A stretch of DNA of 64,000 nt from Macrostomum lignano (lineage: Eukaryota), in NCBI GenBank assembly GCA_002269645.1, contig NIVC01001603.1:1-64000 (forward strand), written 5' to 3'. A program made the translations under genes and the position numbers. Positions 1-10,993 of this stretch are shown one piece after another. Position 1 is the stretch's first letter. Each line of letters starts with the position of its first letter. The notes below the pieces were generated by a model. That model was not told the DNA's origin. It searched no databases and worked only from the letters and a program-made list of their open reading frames with translations.

Positions 1-120
1 GGACCAACCCGCAAGGTGCAGAGAGTGTAAATGCCTGACACTCCTGAGTGCGTGCCCGCGTACAGTATTGGTGCGCTTGTAAGTGCTGCCTCAGAACTGC
101 CTCATCGCTGGTCTGTGGGA
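1..120 (+). mobile_element. Diverged fragment of the tRNA-derived SINE family seen intact at 18993-19358
   Basis: gtgtaaatgcctgacactcctgagtgcgtgcccgcgtac...gcgcttgta aligns by eye to the body of the SINE at 18993-19358 read on the minus strand. Confidence 0.4.
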
Positions 121-464
121 CAATGTCTCCGAAGTTGCTGCGTCAATATTTTTATATTTTAGGACATTGTTTGATTACTTTGCACTAATTAATACCGTGA
201 GGGAAGGAGTAAACTTTGCTTAAACAGTAGGAATTTTGCTAGAATTCCCATTTTGTTTCTACGAGTATGTTATTGAGTCATTAAATATAATACTTTACCC
301 ACTGCAGTAAGGCTTTTAGAATTCGAAACTTGATCCGAGATGCGAGTACCCTAGCTGTTAAAATTTATCATATAAATTTTGTATTAATATACTATGAGAG
401 TTCCAAACTACACTTTAACAGGAAGCGAATATCGTAGAAAGGTAGGTTAACCTTAGTTTAATAA

Positions 465-775
465 GGGAGTTGTAGCCAAGTGGTTAGAGCGTCGGACTCA
501 CGACTTGAAGGTCGGAGGTTCGATTCTCGACCCACTCGAAACAATTTGTGCCAAGACACTTGACTCTGCACTGCTTCAGTTTACCCAGCTGTAAAATGGG
601 TGCCAGCATTAGCTGGGGTAATTGATTGGGTTTGTGTGACGACCCCCCCCCCATTCCTTAGAATGAACAGCCGTACGCAGCCTTCAGATGCACCGCGCAA
701 TAGCTGCGGCTGAGCTGTCGGTTGCACATCTGGCCCAATTGGGGCAGTTGTACTCAATTATTATTAATATTTTTA
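465..775 (+). mobile_element. tRNA-derived SINE with CORE-like central domain
   Basis: Pol III A box (tagccaagtggttag) and B box (ggttcgattct). Central caagacacttgactc...cttcagtttacccagctgtaaaatggg resembles the MIR/CORE consensus. AT-rich (tta) tail. Second copy at 60244-60500. Confidence 0.8.
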
Positions 776-1585
776 TTAGTTAACAGATAAAAATGGTAAT
801 AGCTTCTGCTACCCGCGGGGTCGACGTAAGCAATTTGATATTCATACGCTCAACTATAAGCTAGGCTAACTTTTCTTAACTAGATGCAGCAGTAGAGCTA
901 CCTGTAAAGGTGAAGGATCTACTTGGCTAGCGAGAACAAAGTCACTCCATAGTAGATAAATTTGAAAGTTTAAAAGTCTGGAATAATATGGCTTGCAGTG
1001 TCTCGCATTTTCGATAGAACTATACTTTCCTGGTAGATTTGCTACTCAAAACTACAGAATTGCAATCCTGCGAGCTAAGTAATGTTTATAAAGGTAAAGA
1101 TGGAAGCAGAATGCTTTCTTTCAGCATTTTTTTCTAGAAAGTTTCTGCTGTGGCTCTAACTGCGTCTATCTTTTAGACATGGTTAAAACTACTGCGAGAA
1201 AGCAGAAGTCTTTTCAAAAAGAGAGCCTTGAGGAGCTGCCAACTCATCCACATGCTTTAGCCTAGGGTGAAGCAGCCGGTAGGAATTTTCCATTGAACAA
1301 TTTACAGCCTTAAGAGCAAGTCGTATTCACAACTGCCATTGCATGAGAGCCATGCATCTGGGGCTCAGAAAACTTAAGCATGGGATTGGATAAGATATAA
1401 GGAACGGCGGCGTGCGCCTCGCAAGGAAGGCAGGAATAGACGATGGCGAGTGGCTGTCCTAGCAACCAGCTAAATATTTTACGCCCACATAGAATTCTTT
1501 CAAAAATAAGACGTAGAAGGTAACTGTAGGCATCCGACTTCTAGAGCTTGGAAAGATATTTGCAAGATCGCGTTAAAATTTCGTT

Positions 1586-4500
1586 ATGGAGTCAATAATT
1601 TTCGGATTGTTAATTCTTCTGGTCTGTTGCTGTATTTGCTTCGATGCTGCTCAAGGTAAGTCAATTGATCTGCATAATAATGGATTCTGTATTATCCGTT
1701 CAAGTCAAGGAACTGCAATATTTTCCACCTCAAATTGGTAGATGGCTTCGGGTCAGAGTGGAAGGACAGAAAAAAGATGAGAGATGAGACGCGACAAACA
1801 GGATGAGAGTAGAGAAAAGGCGAGAAGAGGTGGGAGAGAGGGGAGAGAGGAGAAAAGGGGAGAGAGGAGAGAGGCGAGAGAGAGAGAGAGACTCTCTACC
1901 CGACGGGCCGGATAGAGAGAGGCTTCACGGGCTGCATGCGGCCCTCGGGCCGGAGTTTGCCGGCCCCTACTCTAAGTGAACGTTAGCGGTGTCAGTGACT
2001 CCGGCTGACAAGTTAAGCATCAGCGCCAAGTCGTGCGGCCTACACAACTGGTGCAGACGGTGCTACTAACAGGTATCCTGCCTGCAAGGAGAAGCAGAGA
2101 CCAGGAGATTACATAAGTGCAGCTTTTTTAACGCTCTACAATCGCTTTGCAGGATCCTGCAATCCTGCTCGCTACACGCAGCACAATGGTGTCCTTACGA
2201 TCAACTCCGGAGTCAGCAGCCAAGTCAGTAACATCTCTGGAGTGGAATCCCTGCAGGGTTGCCTGACTCTGTGCCGGATGAGGGACTGCGTTGCTCTCGA
2301 GTACCGACCGAGCAGCGGTCTTTGCCGGCTGGTGACTGTCTCAAAAGGATCCAGCGAGTCCAGAGTCCTGGGGACAGAGCCTGGCTCTGAAGTTTTCAAG
2401 CTGAAGAATTTCGACTCTGTGATTAATTCGATATTAAGCACCAACATCACTCTTCTCTTCACAAGTAAGCCTTGCTTTTCGTTTTAAAAGTATTTTGTAA
2501 CCATAGTTAAGTAAAAATTAATTTGACCACAAATTTCAGACACCAGCACTGGTCAAAACGGCAGCATACAGCAGACAACGATAAACGTTACGGGCTGCTA
2601 TCGAATTGAGATTGCTGGAGCTAAGGGTGGTAGCAACTTTGACAGAGAAGAATATGGCGGTAGGGGAGCCCTGGTCACTGGAAATGTCAGCCTGACGGCC
2701 GGAAGCGTGCTGTCCATTCTCGTTGGTCAGGCTGGCGGTCACGCGAAATTCGATTATGTTGGAAGCGGCGGCGGCGGTGGAAGTTTTGTGTACCGTGCAT
2801 CGGACAGTGAGCCGCTCATGGCGGCTGGCGGTGGCGGCGGAGCCTCCAGGGACAACCATGGTTCGTTGAACTGAATTTTACTTTTTGCTCGTAAATACTG
2901 ACTGCTCGTATCTTAACGTGTAATTAAAAAGAAGATTCCAGAATAGCTTACTTCAATTAAATCAATTTTGAGGCACAATTTTCGACTCGATACTCAAAAT
3001 AAGAACACTTTAAAGTTGATTTTTTAAAAGAACATCTACATACGCTTCTACAACTTTAAACACTCGTTTAGCTTCGAAGTTTCTAGCTTGTATAGGTGAA
3101 AACCATTTCCAGAGTAGATTGACAAGAAAAAGTTAAATTATATTTTGCCAATTTTTACTTAGGTAGTCCTTATATGGACCTAGTCTGTTAAATTTATAGT
3201 GTTATGACGTCGGAGCGCATAATGGTACTATAAAAAACCTAAAGTGTTTTAAGTCCACTGAAAAATGGTAAACACCTTTTTTCAGGACGCCACGGTGAGG
3301 CCGGAAGAAATGGTTCAAACTCAGGTGGCTCAGACACGGTAATTTTATGACAATTTATTTTGATACGAGCGTAATACTCGATGATAATTAATAAGTCTTG
3401 ACGCTCAACGGTTTTGACAAACCTCAGAACAAGCTTTTTAATTAAGTTTATCACTCTATATTACAAAAAAACCTTAAAATTCAACTCTAAAGTTGGATTC
3501 ACAGTCGATCATTACGGTCCGGAAAGTTTTTTGCACCAAAGTATTAACGTAGAAATGTTCAAAGAGAGACCAGAAACAATTAGAATAAACCGGATTAGGA
3601 CCTGGATTGCATCAAATCTTGACACGATTGTGATGTTCATAAAGTACTTTCATTTATTCCGAATTTTACACAGTTCGTTCTGTATCAAATTAGGTATTGC
3701 GCAGCCTACAAAAAAAATAAGCCTACACTGTTTATGCATTAGTAATATTTTAGTAGTAGAAATGAGGTTTTTAAATATTTAAATGTGAATCATTCCTTTG
3801 CCTGGTGAGTATTGAAGACCACTAGCTTGTTTTAGTTGTAGTAGTTGTAGTACTTAACGAGCTCTATTACATTTAGAACTATATAACTGTGACTCGACCG
3901 CCAAAAATACTCTAGAGAAGAGCTGAAAAATTGAAATGTAAAATTAACAAATATCACTACTATTTTTAGCATTTCTTGATATTTTTCTAATGTTAAAGTC
4001 TCAGAAGATAAAATCTTACAAATAATTAGGACGATATTTTTTGTTGATTTTCTACTATTAGTAAGAATAAAAGGAAAATACGGTAGGAAAAACCTAAAAA
4101 CTCCTATTAGGACTGCTATTTGTTACTCACGACAACACACAACCATTTTATACAGCCCTCTGAGATCGGCATAGGAGGCATCAATGGACAACCGGGCAGT
4201 AATGTTCCGTCTAATGCGCCCTCAGGCGAAAATTATGGTGGCTGCGGCGCTGGCTGGAAGGGTAGAGCAGCCGTTGCGACCAGAGGCGAAAATGGTGGTG
4301 GAGGTGGTAGCAGAGATGAAAATTGGATTGGCGGCTCCTCCAGCCAAGGTTCCTTCTACGGCTTGGGCGGCTTCGGTGGCGGCGGAGGAGCTGCTACGGG
4401 CGACGGTAGTACCAATGGTGGCGGCGGAGCTGGTGGCGGCTACAGTGGAGGCGGAGCCGGACTGAGAGAAGACTTTTCTGGCAGAGGCGGCGGCTCCTTC

Positions 4501-4605
4501 TGCGGCGGTAGCGGCTGCGTGGCCACCACTGGCGGCAACACGAACAGTACCCAAGGATTTGTTAAGATTATGTTTGATTCTGTTATCCCATACACATGCG
4601 CTTGA
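1586..4605 (+). CDS. Paralog A: secreted PAN/Apple-like + ALK/LTK-like glycine-rich domain protein (~401 aa)
   Basis: Exons 1586-1655 (MESIIFGLLILLVCCCICFDAAQG, signal peptide), 2153-2464 (PAN-like, GCLTLCRMRDCVALEYRPSSGLCRL), 2540-2860 (FTNTSTGQNGSIQ...TGCYRIEIAGAKGG...RGALV.GNVSL..GSVLSILVGQAGG...GGGGGSFVY...LMAAGGGGGA), 3286-3338, 4156-4605 (GGFGGGGGA...GGGYSGG...GGGSFCGGSGC...GFVKI). All introns are GT-AG with matching phases; 1206 nt, no internal stop. Confidence 0.85.
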
Positions 4606-6274
4606 AGTCTTGAAGTCTAGAAAATAATCGGGGATTTGGAGAGCACAGGGTGACGGTCAAAAGTAACACTCATTACAGCTAAAGCCAAACAAAAAAACTT
4701 TGTTTAGAAACTTCAAAAAGTGTCACAGGGCGAATAATAATGGAATCTTCGGGGAATTAACGGGAAATTAACGAGGGGTTAACGGGAGCGCCAGATGAAA
4801 CCGCTATTCGCAGGTAAAGGGACGGTTAAGAACAAAGCATAGTACCCACAAGCGTAGGTTGTGCGAAGCGTGCGAATAGAATATATGTTATTAGTCTAGA
4901 TATCAATGGCTAAAATATGTTTTACTAAATGTTTTACTCATTTATTTACTAAAGCCGCAAAATGTAGATTCTTTTTGTTTTTTGTTTTTTTTAATCTGAA
5001 AATTTTAAAAAGTTTTTTTTGAAAATCTACGTACGTTTGACTAGTCGGTAGCGTGAATATGTGACGCACCTAAATTATAGGCGACCAAATGTTTCAGCAA
5101 GGCTATGCAGTTTGAAGCGATTGAATTTCTTCATTGAATTATTGAGTAGTACTAGCTTTCCACTACTGTCTAACAAAATTTCTTTATAAGATAGATGTCC
5201 CGCTATAAATTTTCCGTCCTACATTCACAATAGCATAGTTTGTCTTTATCTAGTTATACCATTAATGTATACCATGTTAATCTATCTATCGATTTTTACC
5301 TTATGCGTATACGTACTTATGCGTTTCCTAATGTCAAGACCATAACGTCACGCTTGTAACTCTTTGCACACTTCAATGCACCTATATTTGCTATATAGTC
5401 AGTTGCCCAACCCAGATGTTGGTTTTCTACGATGTTGCTAAAATATACGAAAGAATTCCTTATTTCTTTTTTTCATTAACCTCCATAAAGTGCATTTCGA
5501 TCTCGACTCTTTCTCAATCTGAGAAACAACAAACTTCTTATGGTAATTTATCGGTTCTAGGACTTACAACCATCCAGTTCTCCTCAGCTGTCATTGTTCT
5601 CAGTCCTGCTACAGTTGGAAAAATTTAAACTAAATTTAACTGACCAGCAATTACACAATTCAAAAAATTAAAAATATCAAAACTGAATACAACAGGAAAT
5701 TTAGCATTTTAAAAAATAGAAGTGTCTTGTAAGCGCCTAGAGTCACGTATAGTGGCCGTAAATATCATTCAAAGGTATTTCAACAGTGAACTGGCGTTAC
5801 CATAGATGTTAAGCCTAATTTTATTTATCGGTTTAGCACTCACTAGGCTGCTTTGTTTCATAGCTTCAACTGTTCTTAGGCAATGTAGCTCGCTTAATAA
5901 ACAACAAATAAATGAAGGTGATAATCAACATGTTTTATACTGTTATGTGCTTAATTTTTTACTCGGCATTTAATGCATCGGCATTAAAACATGTTGATAA
6001 TCACCTTCATAATCACCTTCATTTGTTTGCTGTTTATTAAGCGAGCTACATTGCCTAAGAACAGTTGAAGCTATGAAACAAAGCAACCTAGTGAGTGCTA
6101 AACCGTATTTTTCGGTTCTTCGAAATTCTCCATGATTAGCTAGTTTAGCTTCTTTGAAATTTCACTTTTCAAAAACGCAATTTTACTCCTCTGAAAGGCA
6201 GTGCATGTAAATCATACTTTCAGAGTGCACAGAGTAGTACAATTTTAGCAAAGTGAAACGCCATCCCTTTTCAG

Positions 6275-7045
6275 AATCTCTTCAGCATCCTTAGAGGGTG
6301 CAACAGGTTCAATGAAAAACCCGAACTGTCAGCTTTCATTGGCGCCCTGAGATCAGTAGCGGCTGGCGGGCTCTCTAAGCCGGATTCATCGGCTAGGAAC
6401 TGTGAGGATGACGGCTGCTCAGCTGCGATCTCAGCTTCCGGCGCATCAGCTTGCGCATCAGTAGGACGAGACGACAGCAATGCTGCAACCAGTGACTGGA
6501 CACCGCCGAGTGAAGCCTCTGGCAGCAATTCAAACGAATCAGCGATCCCGCTGCTGCACGAACCGATAGAAGGCCTGGCTACTGTCCAAGATGATGCAGT
6601 ACTGAACGAGGCCACTGAATACGTAGCTGGTTATGTGCTGAAAAAGAGTGGCGTATTGGACTGCAGCGACTGCAGGGCGGAGCTGACAGTGTCACTTCCG
6701 TCTGGCTGTCACATGCAGCACAAGCGTCTGCCTCACGCAGTCATCGGCCTCACGCATCCTTCACCTGCGGCTTTGGGTGAGTTCTGCAAGATGGAGGCTG
6801 CCTTCGTTGCGCAATCGCACAGTTTTATTGTGCAGCCGCAGGTAGCTAAACGATTGGCTGCTTTGTTCACAGCTGCAGCAGTTGCACTGCCGGCGTGCAG
6901 CTCACACGCTGCACATGTGCAGCGTCAGGTATGCAGCACGTTTGCACAGCTGCGACTGCATCATTGGTGCCGCTGCGAGGTGAGAAGCCTGCGAGCAGCG
7001 ACGAGCAGGAGCAGCACGCTGCGAAAGTTTCACAAACTGCGATGA
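6275..7045 (+). pseudogene. C-terminal exon of a P-element/THAP9-like transposase
   Basis: Acceptor cccttttcag, then an open frame NLFSILRGCNRFNEKPELSAFIGALRS...RNCEDD...EYVAGYVLKK...CSDC...GLTHPS...C..H...FAQLRLHHWC, typical of P-superfamily C-termini. No N-terminal or catalytic exons found. Confidence 0.7.
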
Positions 7046-7560
7046 GCTGATTAATTGATGAGAAATCATTCTATTTAGATAAAAAAATATGGAGTATATA
7101 ATAGCTTGTATTTGCTAAGTAGTTAACTGCAATTATATGGCCGTCAATGCAATCTAAAGCATTCGCAGTATTGCTTTTTGTCGTAGATATTGTCACAGAC
7201 GTGTTTCCTCCTTCTTCTAGATCCCACTAGATGTCACCAAGTTGTCGCAGACGTAATCGTTCCTAACTGCGATTTCACCGTAAAGCCACCGAGTCTTTAC
7301 AGACTTTCTGGTTCTTATCACTAAGCTGCCTATTTCTAGTAGTATTGGCTGCCCTAAACTATGACCTTTCTCTAATTTCACACGATTTCTCGGAAACCTT
7401 GTGATAGCGTGTAGTGCCCGAGCGGTAAGACACTGTCTAATTCCCTAGTTTAGTCCGAAAGCCTAGCGTTTTCCGAGGATCAAGGGTGTCCAGCAGTAGC
7501 TAATGCCTAATCTCCTAGCGCCTAATACCTATTATTAGCCAGTACGGCTTTCTTAGAGTC

Positions 7561-7787
7561 TGTACGACCTTAAATTTCTCCTTATTTTTAGACCTCTATC
7601 TTGGATCTCCACGACCTCTAGTTTCTCCCTATTCAGATCCCTAGTTCTGGGTCTCCACGACCTCTGGTTTCTCCCTATTCAGATCCCTAGTTCTGGGTCT
7701 CCACGACCTCTGGTTTCTCTCTATTCTGATCCCTAGTTCTGGGTCTCCACGACCTCTGGTTTCTCCCTATTCTGATCCCTAGTTCTG
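7561..7787. repeat. 46-bp tandem repeat, about 5 units
   Basis: Unit ctccacgacctctggtttctccctattcagatccctagttctgggt starts at 7607, 7653, 7699 and 7745, with a degenerate unit at 7561. No spacers. Confidence 0.9.
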
Positions 7788-8429
7788 TATTCGTACAAAG
7801 AACTAAGACTCGCAGGTTTTAACTTACGTTTTGGTTTGAATGTCAAACGCTGCTTCTCCGATTGAGAGCGAGCTCGCGAAGATTCGCGGAAGAGCAAGTT
7901 ACTTTTATTTTTGGTAAATTGTTTCGTTTATATAGGGGATAAAACTCAATTTGATTGGTTGAAATTAATTATAACAAAAATAGTTTACGAAATTTTAACA
8001 AAGTATTAAACTCCATTGGCTGAGATTATTTAAAACAAAACAATTTAGGGATTTAAACAAGGAAATTCACTGATTGGCTGAGTAAAAATAGCTCATTAAA
8101 CCCGCTTAAAACTACTATTAGTAAGAATAAAAGATCGACCCTATTACAATATTATAGTTAAAAGTTTATTTTTGCTAATAATATCATAATACAATTGCTG
8201 CATTGTATTCATCTTGATTTTTAATTTTTTAAATATAAAAAACGCTAAAATGTTTTATCACTACTAAGCAGAAAGTAGAATAAACTGTCATGTTGTGAAA
8301 ATTAGCCTGAGTGGCCTATCTAGTGTTTATAGTATGTGGTAAGCCCTGACGATGTCCATTGTGGACGAAATGCATCGGCATTAAAACATGTTGATTATCA
8401 CCTTCATTTATCAACTGTTCTTATTCACG

Positions 8430-8612
8430 CTCGGTTTTAATAGACGGACTTGATGATTGACCACCTGGTTGAAGACCCTGCGATATTTAACATGATTTTG
8501 GACGTCAAGCTGAATATATCGATCAAAAGCTGAGAAGATTTTCCTGTAACACGAGCGATATTCTCTCAAGCGAAGCCAGCGCGTTTTAGAGTGCTTGCGT
8601 CAGTCTTGCCTG
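8430..8612 (-). pseudogene. Crypton-like tyrosine recombinase C-terminal remnant (left-arm copy)
   Basis: Reverse complement reads KTDASTLKRAGFA*ENIARVTG... and is homologous to the better-preserved copy at 27805-27969. Confidence 0.45.
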
Positions 8613-8619
8613 GTCGTGA

Positions 8620-8835
8620 GACCGATCTGCTGCTTTGGCACGCTATACGCACGAAGCACCATTGGGTGCACGGCCCTCACGACCTATGGTAGTCGAAAGC
8701 CTTCCAGGCTTTCCAGAGCAATCAGGCTCGACTGGCGGGTCCACACTTTCTCGATGACTCGGCGAAGAGCCTGGATCTGCGCCACTGTGCCTAGATGGGG
8801 CCGGAACCCATTCTGCTCAACAAGTAGCATACCAT
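8620..8835 (-). mobile_element. Degenerate RTE-type LINE reverse transcriptase fragment
   Basis: Minus strand VEQNGFRPHLGTVAQIQALRRVIEKV...KAFD...VLRAYSVP, with frameshifts (RT domains 2-3). Confidence 0.65.
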
Positions 8836-10519
8836 TGTAATTTGCCTTGTGGTCATAACAGCTTGCATTCTCGCTAATTACACGTAAGCCAACCTTGACT
8901 TGCTCCGAATTCCCCCCGACTAATAAAGTTAAATATTTTTACCTAATGTTCAAAAACCCCTTTTGTAGAGCTTGAATCACTCAAACTTTAGTTGGATAGC
9001 TCAATTAATGTTTCATGTAGGAAATTTCTTACATCCGGCCAGTCAGCTGTACGATTGCTTAATTAATTATGCATACATAGTAGAAGATATGTGAAAAACA
9101 TTTTAAACTTACATGTAAGTTAAAAAGTCAAACACCCACTAAGTTTATATCTGCTGTTTTGCTAAACGCAAGCAAGCATAAAAGTCTCAATGGAGAATAT
9201 ATTGTGGTATAAGATAACAAAGCTATGACAAATATGATATTGAAGGATGAAGCGAGTCTTTCTTTATGTATACTTCATATTTATACTGTAGTATGTACTA
9301 GTCTTGTTTTCGGTTTTGTAGAGAGTTAAACAAGTCCGATTGAAACAAGCTTCTGCGCTATATGCCAGTATATGCTGAATGAGAATGTGAAAACTTCATT
9401 CAAAGCCTATTTGCATGCTAAATTTCTTCATAGACAGATGTGTCAATAAACGCGGGAACAAGTCTCAGAATTTTAATGCTTTCAAAGATACCGTAAAAGC
9501 CTTCTCTACCATCTAGATTCAGTACATAAGTCAACTTTGATTCAGAAAGTTTTTGCAATCAGCGAGCTTGTAGGATAATCCTGCTTTTTAGTAATAAAGG
9601 AAGAAATGGGTTTGATTTTTTACTCTATTCTTCTAACTTCATGCTTCAATTGTTTTTAGTAGCATCGCTTTAAAAAATCTAGCTGGTGTACAAGCAGGCG
9701 TCAGCTTTATGATCTCTATCTATAGTGTAGTGAATTATTTATCTCTGTCCAATACTACTCGTACATGCATACTTTTGTCTGAACCAACAACTATTTGTGC
9801 ACTTTTTACAAAATGGTTAAATTACGAGCGTATAAACATAGAATACTTCGAATTCGATAGATAATGAATTTCTTGCGTTCTCTTCCAAAAAGTTATTCGA
9901 TCAAGTTAAATGATGTCGGTTGCTTCTTTAACAATCAAAAGTTTGTGTAGTTTAGAACCGAATAAAGGAATTAATTAATTTTATCCTCAATTGAAAATTA
10001 CTTCTCTCATTTTTCTGTCAGCCAGAGGTAAAAAACGCTCTACTGGTACGTTAAACCTGAATGAGTACATCAATAGTAAAGCAATTGTTTATGGTCATGT
10101 ATTGTAACGATGGAGCAAAACTACGACGTATCTGTGCATAATTCGAGCTATTACTGTAGTTTTCTGTCGCTTGTCGGAAAATCTGATGACACTGATGGAA
10201 CCGTTTTTAAACCTTTCAGCTCGTCACGCAGTCAGCGCATTTTTGAGATGACAGAAAGCTAGCTTTTTACCATGATTCAGTCAACAGTGTATATTACTGG
10301 CTTTTACCAAAGGAAGACACTGAATCAAGTTTTTTTATTTTTATTGACAGGACAGAAGATGTTTCTAGCTTTTAGCTTTGCAGAATTTTGGCGTATGGAT
10401 TATTATTCAAGTTTCAGTGAAGTATAGCAGAAAACACGATGCCAGATGACCCGCACACTCTATGTATTAACTTTTGGTCTTACTGTAATATTACTGCAGC
10501 AATCATGTTGGATAGTTTA

Positions 10520-10640
10520 GTTTTGAGAAAGCCGCACACGGATACGTACGAAGGCACACACTCAACTGGTTTTATAGCGGCCCTGCCTTTCAAATCACCA
10601 GGTATATATAAGCATACACCTTGGGGCTCTTTACAGATAC
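10520..10640 (-). mobile_element. Old SINE body fragment (family of 18993-19358)
   Basis: ggatacgtacgaaggcacacactca...agcggccct matches the SINE body. Confidence 0.4.
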
Positions 10641-10993
10641 TCGTACTATGGCGCGAGAGTCTATGATACACCAGATATTGCACATTTTTTGCTCCATAAA
10701 TATACTTCTATTAGTTAAAATTTCTTTAATTCTATAGAAAAACGTGTCAAGAAAAAATTCGACCGTTTTGGGACCAAAAAAACTGCAAAATTCTGACAGC
10801 CAATCAGCGCCGCTACAGCGGGAGACGTATCTTTCGAGCTCTTAGCTGAAGCCAATAGCATCCTGGATGCAGAATGCAGTTTCTGAAATAGGTTAATGTA
10901 TTCCCCTTTAATGGATTAAAATGCCACTTTCCTTACAACTCGTGTCAAGCCGTTTGTTCAAGACATAGACATTTGTTCAAGCTTCGCACAAAT

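Larger units (their letters stand above)
5909..8410 (+). mobile_element. Non-autonomous P-element-like DNA transposon derivative bounded by 29-bp TIRs
   Basis: Perfect 29-bp inverted repeats: 5909-5937 taaatgaaggtgataatcaacatgtttta and 8382-8410. Encloses a P/THAP9-type transposase 3' exon. The segment is absent from the homologous right arm (28000-28030). Confidence 0.55.

Noticed and set aside
465-540. tRNA gene
   Set aside because: Poor acceptor and anticodon stem pairing, and it continues into a CORE-like body and tail shared with 60244-60500. It is a SINE head.
1880-1975. hAT-like element ends (also 32480-32570, 33330-33365)
   Set aside because: Single ends resembling caggggt...gcgggccg, with no paired TIR or TSD that I could verify.
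4184-4554. Ala-rich overlapping or antisense ORFs on the Gly-rich exons (also 13161-13580, 30487-30860, 40154-40563)
   Set aside because: Expected shadows of GGC/GGT-rich coding sequence.
7561-7787. CRISPR-like array
   Set aside because: Units are contiguous with no unique spacers, in a eukaryotic context.
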